This document shows positions 10,570-20,145 of a DNA stretch of 32,657 bases, piece after piece (position 1 is the stretch's first letter; the number at the start of each line of letters is the position of its first letter). The position numbers and the translations under genes are program-made. The stretch is from Vermamoeba vermiformis. Its lineage: Eukaryota. The stretch spans positions 1 to 32,657 of the forward strand of contig JBEWZL010000130.1 in NCBI GenBank assembly GCA_045837725.1. Reading direction: 5' to 3'. The notes beneath the pieces are model-generated. The model was not told the DNA's origin, ran no database searches, and saw only the letters and a list, made by a program, of their open reading frames with translations.

Positions 10570-11563
10570 GCTGCCAGTTGCCAATATGTGCTCGTACAGT
10601 GCGTAGTGCACTGAGGTGAGTTTCCAGTCTCAATAAATAATTCTGGGGAGAATTAATATTTAATATTTAGTTTTTTTCAGCCGATTGGTAGCAGGTCATG
10701 CGCAACGTTCTTCGAGCTTACTGCAGCTTCTGCAACCAAACTACAAAGGGTATGCTTTTAGGGTGGTAGCCCACAAGTACGCAGCATTCGGTAAGCAAAA
10801 TAATTTTAAATCCGTATGTTCAGATGCGCGGCATCTAACGTTCACTTTTCGCGTAGGGCAGCTGACCCCACGAAGTACACATTGCACGTTAAAAGACTTG
10901 TAGTATGTTTATTGCTTGCAACTGAGCCTCCAGCACATTCGGTAATTCAGGTCAAATTAGGTTTTTTTCACATCTCTAACGAATCTCCTCAATCAGAAGT
11001 TCTCCCGGTACCTCGAACTCTCACACGTGGATACTTAATTTATGAACATGGCACAAGCTGCTGTTGGCACATTACGACCCAGGGTAAGTTAGTTTTTCAG
11101 TAACAAATTTTGGACATAGTTTTTTTTCAACATCGTCTCCCGCTGGAGACGACCTCTGTCGGACTTAGTTTTTTTTTAGACATCGTCTCCCGCTGGAGAC
11201 GACCTCTGTCTGACTTCGTTTTTTTTACATCGTCTCCCACTGGAGACGACCTCGAAAGACTTAATTTATTTTTGTTCGTGACCAGTGCGGTCACGAAGTT
11301 TTTGACTTAGTTTTTTTGAACATCGTCTCCCGCTGGAGACGACCTCGCAGGACTTAGTTTTTTCAATGTCGTCTCGTACGACTTTAATTTTTTAGTTCGT
11401 GACCAGTGTGGTCATGAAGTTTTGGACTTTATTTTTCTTAGTTCATGACCAGCATAGTCATGCAGTTTTTGACTTAGATTTTTTTTACATCGTCTCCCTG
11501 TGGAGACGACCTATTGGACTTTAATATTTAACTGTAGCTAACTCTTTATTTTTAGGTTTTTAG
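10570..11563 (+). CDS. possible small spliced hypothetical gene (start not resolved)
   Basis: Splice pairs 10616-10680, 10750-10856, 10903-10950 and 11084-11555 keep one frame (...QPNYKGAADPTKYTLHVKRLVVKLGFF...HITTQGF*). AATAAA at ~11589. No homology recognised. Confidence 0.3.
11112..11522. repeat. modular array of two alternative hairpins separated by a GACTTAG-polyT linker
   Basis: Hairpin A TCGTCTCC-N4-GGAGACGA at ~11133, 11183, 11230, 11323, 11490 (degenerate copy ~11369). Hairpin B TTCGTGACC-N5-GGTCACGAA at ~11275, 11396, 11442. Period ~45-50 bp. Confidence 0.93.
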
Positions 11564-11660
11564 TAATGGTTATTGTACCAGTAGAAAGAATAAATGCATT
11601 CTTTAAATATGTTTGTCTATTTAAATGTATTCATTATTAGTGTTCTCCCTGACTTCATTA

Positions 11661-11840
11661 GCTCTCGGCGACTCTTGTTAGCGCTTGGTGACTCTCGTTA
11701 GCGCTTGGCGACTCTCGTTAGCGCTTGGCGACTCTCGTTAGCGCTTGGCGACTCTCGTTAGCGCTTGGCGACTCTCGTTAGCGCTTGGCGACTCTCATCA
11801 GTGCTCGGCGACTCTCGTTAGCACTCTACAACTCTTGTTC
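11661..11840. repeat. minisatellite, ~9 x 20 bp
   Basis: Consensus GCGCTTGGCGACTCTCGTTA; exact 20-bp period with degenerate edge copies. Confidence 0.97.
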
Positions 11841-11966
11841 ACACTTGTGCAATTGCTCAATGTTGAACTCTTGGTTGAAAAACTGCCAGTATAGTTTGAC
11901 TTTATGAAACTTTTTGGATAATTTTTCAGGCTAGCCCTGTTTGGCCAAGCCCTGTAGTATATATGA

Positions 11967-12183
11967 ATGGAGCAGTACACCAGCATTCTATTGCTGGGCG
12001 AGAAGCTCAAACGAGATGCCATCATTCGAGACTACATCGAAGGTAAGTACTTAGTTTATTTTATCTTATTTTGTGAAAATTTTACTAATTGATTTGTTTT
12101 TAGCTCTCACCGGCCAGCTTGATGAATCCGTAGGACCTTTTGTTGACCTCGATGCGGAATTAGCCGCACGAGGCTTGAATTAA
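11967..12183 (+). CDS. possible ~51-aa two-exon micro-protein or terminal exons of a longer gene
   Basis: ATG 11967, intron GTAAGT 12044 to TTTTAG 12102 with CTAAT branch. Gives MEQYTSILLLGEKLKRDAIIRDYIEALTGQLDESVGPFVDLDAELAARGLN*. Confidence 0.3.
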
Positions 12184-12837
12184 TCAATAATTCGGTACTT
12201 GTAATTGGCCGTAAGGCCCCCCCCGTCCCCCTGGCGGACGGGGTCTTATTAAATAAATATACCCCCGTCCCCTTGGCGGACGGGTATCAACCAATTTTGT
12301 AATTTGCGGATTTCTGAGGCTGAACCTGAAAGGTTAGGTACTACTTTCCAACCTGACCTCAATGCGGAATCAGCCGCACGACGTTGCTGATACTTGTAAT
12401 TGGCTTTATGCCCCCCCCGTCCCCCTGGCGGACGGGGTCCTATTAAATAAATATACCCCCGTCCCCCTGGCGGACGGGTATCCATCAAGTATTTCAAGCC
12501 CAACATACCTGAAGCTGAACCACACAGGTCAGGTGTAAGGTAAGTACCTAGTGAGGTTGAGGCTGTGCATTAGCATTGAGTATGTACCTGATGCTGAACC
12601 TGTCAGGTTGAGGCATTTGCTACAAACCTGATGCAGGAGGTAAAGGTACATGACAGTACGATCCCGAAGTGGATACAGCACCCCCGTCCGCCAGGCGGAC
12701 GGGTATCCATCAATTGTATAACTGGGTATACCTCAAGCTGAACCTTGCAGGTAAGGTACTATTTACTTTCCCAGTGTAGCATGGGTTGATAACGTGCCCC
12801 CGTCCCCCTGGCGGACGGGGTCAGTTATCAACTAAGG
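12146..12837. repeat. complex repeat: ~200-bp direct duplication containing six CCC(C)GTCC-N-GGACGGG(G) hairpins
   Basis: Hairpins at ~12221, 12263, 12415, 12457, 12683 (perfect CCCGTCCGCC-A-GGCGGACGGG) and 12798. Duplicated block 12146-12290 vs 12355-12485. GCTGAACC...AGGT motif at ~12319, 12514, 12593, 12738. Confidence 0.9.
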
Positions 12838-13306
12838 TACCAATTTCCCAGTATACAGGCTACTCCAAACATCTTGTTTATTTAATGTCACATACATTGG
12901 CCATGGGTGGCGGCTGATTTGTACAAATGTTTGATTGGCCTCTGTGGCTGACTTGCCTCACACCCAACCGCAGCCCCACCAGCCCTAACCCTAAAGGGTA
13001 TATAATAAAATTGATTGAATCCATGCTCACAAAACACCAGGTCACCATCTGTGAAGTCTCCCAAGTGTGGAGTTTTTGCCAAAAAATATTGCACTAAGTC
13101 ATTCATCATGTGTAATCAATAAGGGAAGGACCAAACCTTACAATGATTACAATGCAGAACCAGAAGTCTATTGTTAAGCCTCATTTCTCTAAATCTACCA
13201 TCCACAATTCTACCTTTGTAAATCAAAGACAGGCAGAAGACACACTCCGCAAAGACTAGCAGCAAACTAAAGGATGGCCTAGCAGTATACAAGAAGTATG
13301 TACAAT

Positions 13307-16236
13307 TTATTGAATGATACACTTTCCTTCACGAGAATCATCCCCTGAAAGCTGTTTTGAAAGCCCAATTACCTCTGTCTTGTGGGGCCATCTATGCTTT
13401 TCAATCCAATTTCTATGGGAATCTGACTGATGTTAATAAAATAAATTGTATTTTGTTTCTTACCTGAAAGATTGTCTAGAATCTCCTTTTTTCCTTCATA
13501 CGTAACATGATTAACAGCAAGCCAATGCAAGCAGAATTTAACAAGCTGATTTCCGTTGTGCTGGTGGGCAAAGTTCAACACCTCCACAATGATTTCAGGG
13601 TTGTCTTCTGGACCAAGATTTGATGCCACAAATTGCTCACATAGGGTTGTTAATCTGATCAAGCCATATTTGTTGGAAAGAAGCAATAAATCTGCCACGT
13701 TGTTGCTTGTTATAATACTACTTGTGTTAGCTTGCAGAAGCGGGTACAACATTAATCAAACTTACCATTGATCTGTGTACAAATAATTTACAAATTGTTG
13801 AAATGCATCGCAGCAGATGTCAGAAATCGTAATCGAATTGCTTTTGTTTTCGATAAATTCTCCGGTGAACATCGCGTTGAAATAAGAACTATTAATTGTC
13901 AATATATAAGGAGCCAGTACTATAAAGATATAGACATACCACCGTGAAGCGAGAATGACTTTGTGCGCTCGTATTTCTTTGTTCTCTACGTTGAACACAA
14001 TATCGGTCCAAAGTTCAGTCGCCAGAAAATACTTTTGTAGCGAGTTTTTCTTTTCGTCATCGAAGAACGTTTTGATGGAAGTGTTCAACATCTCCGCGCC
14101 AATCCACACGTTTAAACAGTACTCGGCCAGCTTGCTGCAATGATATAAAGCTGCCGTGGCCGCAATATCCTTGAGTTCACTCGAGTGCTGTCGAAAATGG
14201 TCGTCTAACTTCACACCGTAAAGAAATTTCACGAGCAATGCGAATGTGTCGTACTTGGCCTTGTTGACAACTACAGTTGTGATTCCGTTCTCTTGCGTCA
14301 CTTCACCAAAAAGTTCATCGAGATCAATCTCGTCTGACTTAATGTGACGTATTCGACCTACAATCGTAAATGATGAGACGCGTTTCTCGTGCCTGAATGT
14401 GCTTACTTTCGGTTCCTCTTCGAAGACGACGAGGTTTCAACGCTTCGAATCGAGGACTCAACACTTCATTCTTTGACGCTTTCAATGTTGTACTTTCACT
14501 GGATCGCAGCGAGTTGAAGCTGTAACTGCTTGCAGGACTGCTGCTAGGGCTACTGTTCATCTCATTCTCTTGCTCTTCTTTGGTATCGAAAAGTATTTCG
14601 CGATTTGTATAATACCCTGGTAGATGTCCATTGCTATCAGGCCCGTTGTTATTGTTCGAACTGTTGTCCCGAGGCGAGTCAACCGGCGACACTTTCTTGG
14701 GCGAACCAGAAAGAACTTCGAGCGAGGGTATTTTTTTTGAATTGCGTGATTTACGCACTGAGCAGTGATTAGCACTTTATGAGCAATTAAACTTGATTGA
14801 ACTTACCATCGCTACCGTGACGAGACCGCCTCTTGTCAAGAGCGTCCTGAGCACCTCCGTCGCTTTTACTTTTCTGTTTAAATATTTAATATCTCAGTAA
14901 CGAGTTTCCGATGGAATCAAGGCCTTTACCTTTAACGCCCTCTTGCGGAGCGTGAATGAAGTATCTCCCATGAACAGCAATCTCATCACTTCGGCTGACG
15001 AACACAACAACACCTTGTGTGCCCATAGCTTTCTATCGTCGCTTTTGAACGTGAAACACACGTCTGCGAGCTCTTTTTTGTTGAATAACGCTATCCAGTC
15101 TGAAAGATACGATGACTCGGCCAGGTCGATTTTCGGAGACGGTGGAGGCTGTGGTATCAACGAACTGACTAACAACTTCCGCTTGCTCTTCTTTTTTGGT
15201 GTTAGTGTGCGCATAAGAACCACGCGAACAGCTTCGTCGATCACTTCCCTCATTCCTGAGCCGATTAGCGAACGCTCAAGTTGAGATAGAAATAACTCAC
15301 CAAAGCAATTCAGCGCACTATTTTCCAAGTACTTGAAAGCACCGATCTCGTACGCGAGTTTTAACCCCTACCAACACGTTTAACATCGCCAAAACACGAC
15401 TGTTCGTTTACTTACATCTTCGTACGATACAGGCGCTTGACCACGAGCTCGCATAGCCTCGATGACTTCAGGGTCTGTGCGCACTACGAATTGGTTAGGT
15501 ACTTGTTTGACTGCGCGATGACTTACTCTCCATGTTATTTCCTACGAGCAAAAACGGCGTGTCGGGACAATGGTGCGTTATTTCTTTTAATAGCAGTAAG
15601 TAACTGACTTAATACACGCACTTTTCATTGCTTACCTCTCCACCATTTCGTCTTGATATTCGCCAAGGACGAAGGGTGACCGATCGAGAACATGAGGAGA
15701 AAAACCTGTGGAACTGTTAGTTGCTATTGAAGGAATCGTGCTTCCGTACATCTGCTTGAGGATAAGCTAACGAGCGCAATCTATCGTACTCTTCTTGGCC
15801 TATCAATTACGTTAGCAACAATAAAATTGTGATCTGATCGGATCTGATTTACCTGCAGTATCCCAAAGCCCTAAACGTATCATAAATAATTATCTCAGTA
15901 TTTTTACGAATTAGTAATACGTTTACAAACCTAAATTGACCTGTTCAAATTTATAATAAATTAATAATCGAAATTTAATTTACGATTAATTTGGCATGAC
16001 TTACCCGGTGCCCCTCAACCTCTACTTCCGTGGAAAAATTATCGAAAACCGTGGGAACGTATTCGCCTAATAAGTATTAACGAAAAGAAATTTCCGTTGT
16101 AATATTTAATTCAATTACCTGGTGGCTTATTCGTCATATATGCCAGTAAAAATTGGGATTTTTGAGCGCAATTATCGCCTACAACGACGCATTTTATGCT
16201 TAGCTCAATACCAAGATTCACCTGCACCCGTTCCAT
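13307..16236 (-). CDS. RhoBTB: RhoBTB/RacA-like protein (Rho GTPase domain + split BTB + BTB + C-terminal domain)
   Basis: Spliced exons give [42 protein letters not shown]. First BTB (ADVCFTF..LWAHKVLLCSS) is interrupted by a long insert; second BTB TDIVFNVENKEIRAHKVILASR..YFNAMF. Tail WIEKHRWP..GKCIIQ*. Confidence 0.92.
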
Positions 16237-16448
16237 CTGGTTCCAAATCCAAGCTTTAGGCTGCACGTTTGTTTATTGGCGTTGTACTAATTAATTAAAA
16301 CGCTTTCCCCATGTTCGTGGTGTATAATCCAAACTACAAAAAAAAATCAGGCAAAAATGATTCCGTGTCCGTCATTCCCAAAGAATCTTGCACTGAACAA
16401 CATTACGTACACAATAATCATACCAAACACCGGCATTCAAGTCATAAA

Positions 16449-17492
16449 ATGAAACGTAGTACTTCTGCAAGATCCCCTGCGAAGGATGAGCCAAAAACAA
16501 AGCGATCTAAAACTGAAACCGCGCAAAATGGTGAGTGCACGCTGAAAATTACGTGCTTTAGTTTACTATAAATTATATATCCCAATGCTTTCGAAATATT
16601 ACAAGTTCAATCATGATTTTCGGAAACGCGCCAAAAATTATTATTGAAAATTTAAACGACCGAACTGCAGTTATTTCTATTATTATCACCATAATCAAAC
16701 AGCAAAAATTATTGCAATATTCGTATTAATTTGTTTCTCGAGCAGAACAAATGGAGATCGACGAACCCAATGCTGTAACTGCACCCGTGGCTCCTTCAGT
16801 GCTTTCTATTGGCCACCCCGCACCTCATTTCACTGCCGAAGCAGTCAGCGCGTCAGGAGAGTTCGTAAACATCTCGCTGTCAGATTACAAAGGAAAATAT
16901 CTTGTGTTATTCTTCTACCCGCTCGACTTCACTTTCGTTTGCCCCACGGAAATCATTGCTTTTTCAGAGAGTATCAACAAGTTTAAAGAATTGAATTGCG
17001 AAGTCCTTGGGGTCTCCGTGGACAGTAAATACTCTCATCTGGCTTGGATCAACACACCCAGGAAACAAGTAAGTGGAAGTCTTAGCACACGACAGATTAT
17101 TAACTTAATGAGCCAATTAGGGTGGCGTTGGCGCTTTGAACATTCCCTTGCTCGCGGATTTGAACAAAGAAGTTTCGAAAAATTACAATGCACTCTACAA
17201 AAATACTGGTCATACATTACGAGCACTATTTATTATAGGAAGTGATGCAAGTCAAACACTGCGCCATATTACAATGAATGAGCCTCCCGTTGGTCGATCA
17301 GTTGGTACGTGTTAAACGACTACCTACAAAACTCCCTAATAACGACCTTCAGATGAGGTATTGCGACTCGTACAGGCCTTTCAATTTAATGATGTTCACG
17401 GTGAAGTATGTCCTGCGAACTGGACCCCAGGAGCTAAAACGATCCAGCCCGATCCAAAAGGAAAACTAAGTTATTTTGAAAATTTGGCATAA
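16449..17492 (+). CDS. PRDX: typical 2-Cys peroxiredoxin (AhpC/Prx1 family) with N-terminal extension
   Basis: [14 protein letters not shown] (peroxidatic Cys), [13 protein letters not shown] (resolving Cys), C-terminal YF. Introns ~16531-16742/5, 17069-17120, 17307-17352. Confidence 0.95.
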
Positions 17493-17576
17493 ATAATAAT
17501 TAATCATCTATTTATTTACAAATCCGCTATATGGGGATACTATATTATATTTTCTAGCAAAAGAAACACGAAAATT

Positions 17577-19507
17577 TTAGACTTGAGCTGACGGAATGCA
17601 TTCAACTTCAGTCTCGAAGTAAGCGATCAAAAACAGCGCCACGAAGCCAACCAACAAGCCAGCCAACTGCTGAATGACCCAAATGAGCTTAACCTTCTCC
17701 TTGTTGAGTTCAGGCAACAACTCGGAGAGGCCGATGTACAAGAAGCCACCGCCAGTCACCGACAAGATCCACTTGTCCGCGTCCGAATGACCAACAGCCA
17801 AACCAATGACAGTACCAATGACGGCTGTAACGGCAGAGGCGAAGTTAAACAGCAGCGCATGAACACGTGTGAAACCTGCACGACGAAGCAGCGCATAATC
17901 ACCTAACTCTTGCGGGATCTCGTGGAACAACACAGCCAAAGTAGTCGCCAATCCAACCGAGTTGCCTAAGATATTAAGTTAGCAAATATTCTTTTTACAT
18001 TTACCTAACCGTTATCGTACTTGTAGCCCAGGCAGCACCCAAAGCAAGTCCATCCGTGAAGTTGTGGATAGCGTCAGCAGCCAAATTCAACCAACCGTAT
18101 GGCTTAATGCTGCGTAAGTACTCTTTCTTAGTTTGATGATGATGATGATCGTGCTTGTGATCATCGCCCTCGCTGCTGGTCTCCGAGTGCGCATGCTTCT
18201 TTTCGGGGTCCTCTTCATCGCAGGTGTGTTTATGACCGTGTGAATCTTCATCATCTTCGTGGTCACTTTCAAAACCATGCGAGTGATGGTGCTAAATGAT
18301 TGTCAGTATCCTGAACAATATCACTACTCGCAGCTCGACACTTACACCCGTGAGTTTGGTGATGACTTTTTCAAGAATGAAGAAAAAGAGGATACTGCCG
18401 CAGACAACCACAGCAGGAATTAAGTAATTAAGCTTTTCTTGTAGATGGTCGCGCGTTTTTTCTTCGGTTGTCGAGCTGTGACTGTGGATGCCAAAAACTT
18501 CAGGAAGGATGTGCATCACCGCATCGCCAATGATAGAACCCGAAGCAAATCCAATCAAAATACGAAAGAGAATCTAAAAGATAAGGTCAGTCGAATTAAC
18601 TTGGGGAATGTGATGTCGAACGCACCGCGCCAGATTTGGTTCCTTTTTTGAGCGGAAGCAATAAAACACCCAAGAACGAAAGGGCACTAATACCAACAGC
18701 AGATACGATTCCATAAGCCCACTTCGAAACGTTAGTCTTGTGCCACAAACAAAAAAAAGCACTTACGCTTTCGGTCACGCGATCTCCGCAAGGAGGCAAC
18801 TCTTCGCTGACCGGTGCGAAGCAACCCTTTAGAACAACTATTTAGACTGCATTTTTTCCATGTTATCGTTCCAAGAGACGTACCTCAAGTCGCATCAAAA
18901 ACATCTCATTTACTGCCATCTGAGTGGTAGATTCGTTGAGGCTTCCCGAAGCTTCCGAAAGCTCTAAGAATATGGCCTCCACGGTCTCGCAGTGAACAGT
19001 TTCATTGGTAGTCTGAAGCGTAGACGCCAAATTTCTCTTTAACTGCACGATCAATTGTTAGTTATCACCATGAGAAAAGAGTTTTAATCCCACCTGACTG
19101 GTAACCTCTCTCTTTTTATGGCTATGTTCGTGTGAATGTTCATTATCAGCCTCCTAAAAAAGAATGCTGTCAAATTCCGTTTGATCAAAAAACGCTGATA
19201 TTTATTTGTTCGCTTTCGAGATACTTACGCCCGCAAATACTGCCCAAAGCTCTTCAAACTCTTCTTCTTGGAGAAGCTCGTCTTCATTAACGTCAAACAT
19301 GTGAATAATTTCGTGGATGGGATCGTGCGCGTGCTCATCTTGTAGCAAGGAAAGAGCTGCGGAAAATGTTAAAAAAAAAGAAACTTTATAAATTAACATA
19401 AATTTATAGTGCTTACTGTTTCTTTTTGCTGTCGCACCTTCAAGAGAAAGAGCAAACTGGAAGAGTAACGCGATCAAAGCGCAAAACAATACAAGCCTGC
19501 GAATCAT
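17577..19507 (-). CDS. ZIP (SLC39) zinc transporter, LIV-1 subfamily
   Basis: Signal peptide MIRRLVLFCALIALL; GFASGSIIGDAVMHILPE; His-rich loop; DAIHNFTDG; FHEIPQELGDYALL; GGFLYIGLSELLPEL. Multi-exon. Confidence 0.92.
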
Positions 19508-20145
19508 TGTAAGTCGATTGGTCCCTGGTGAGTGGCCCTGATAGGTCCTGGTTGATAGAAGCAAATGGAAGCCCTGGAAAGAAACCAGGGAGCAGAACCC
19601 TGGTCGAAAAATCCTTCGCAAAATCATCCCTGATAGATTGTCTCGGAAAATGTTGTCGCATTAATCAATGTGTGAAATATTGACAACATTGATGAATACA
19701 TTGGCGCCGTTTGTGGAAGGTAACCGCCGAGTTGCATCCGCGGTGATAGATCGTTGTCGTCGATGCGTAAGCAAGCAAAGCTTATTTTGGATCTAAATAC
19801 TCGTGGGAGTAATTCTTAAAAAATTTGTTTAATGCGAGTCCGCGTTTCCTCAATGAAACAGTGAAGAGAAAACGAGAAGTCAATCTTAGATTTGGCCAAT
19901 CCGTTTCGGTACTTGCCAAACCAGCGCCCAGCTGAAAAAGGTACCAATATTTTTTACGACGTGTTACTATTGTCCCAAGTTGCTAGCAATAACGCTCACA
20001 AAAAAGTCAAGTTTTTCAGTTTTATCACCATTTTATTTGAAAATTATCCATTTCGAAGTTATTTTCCTCGACAGTTTCGACCATGTTTGGTCGATATTTT
20101 TTGTAAGGGTAAAACACAGCAGCGTGTCTTTGAGCGGATGTAGAG

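Larger units (their letters stand above)
1929..12837. mobile_element. putative ~11-kb large mobile/selfish cassette (no transposase recognised)
   Basis: Related GACCCCGTCCGC(GC)CASGGGGACG motifs in inverted orientation at both ends. Internal orphan genes, multiple hairpin arrays and CpG-decay signature. No TSD or clean TIR found. Confidence 0.3.

Noticed and set aside
10138-10611. 157-aa minus-strand ORF
   Set aside because: Runs through AT-rich intron-like sequence with no homology signal, and conflicts with plus-strand splice signals.
8711-11522. CRISPR array interpretation of the 40-bp and A/B hairpin arrays
   Set aside because: No unique spacers, no cas genes, and a eukaryotic intron-rich context.
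12215-12840. Helitron 3' terminus
   Set aside because: The hairpins are not followed ~10 nt later by CTRR, and no Rep/helicase is seen.
12983-12999. Telomeric remnant CCCTAACCCTAAA (also CCCTAAA at ~2154)
   Set aside because: Only two units, and it overlaps a plausible minus-strand splice acceptor; compatible with chance.
1-13100. Endogenous giant virus or Polinton
   Set aside because: No capsid, packaging ATPase, PolB or integrase motifs; the genes carry many host-style spliceosomal introns.
12888-13322. Small minus-strand ORFs downstream of RhoBTB
   Set aside because: No recognisable motifs or consistent exon chain; possibly UTR or a gene relic.
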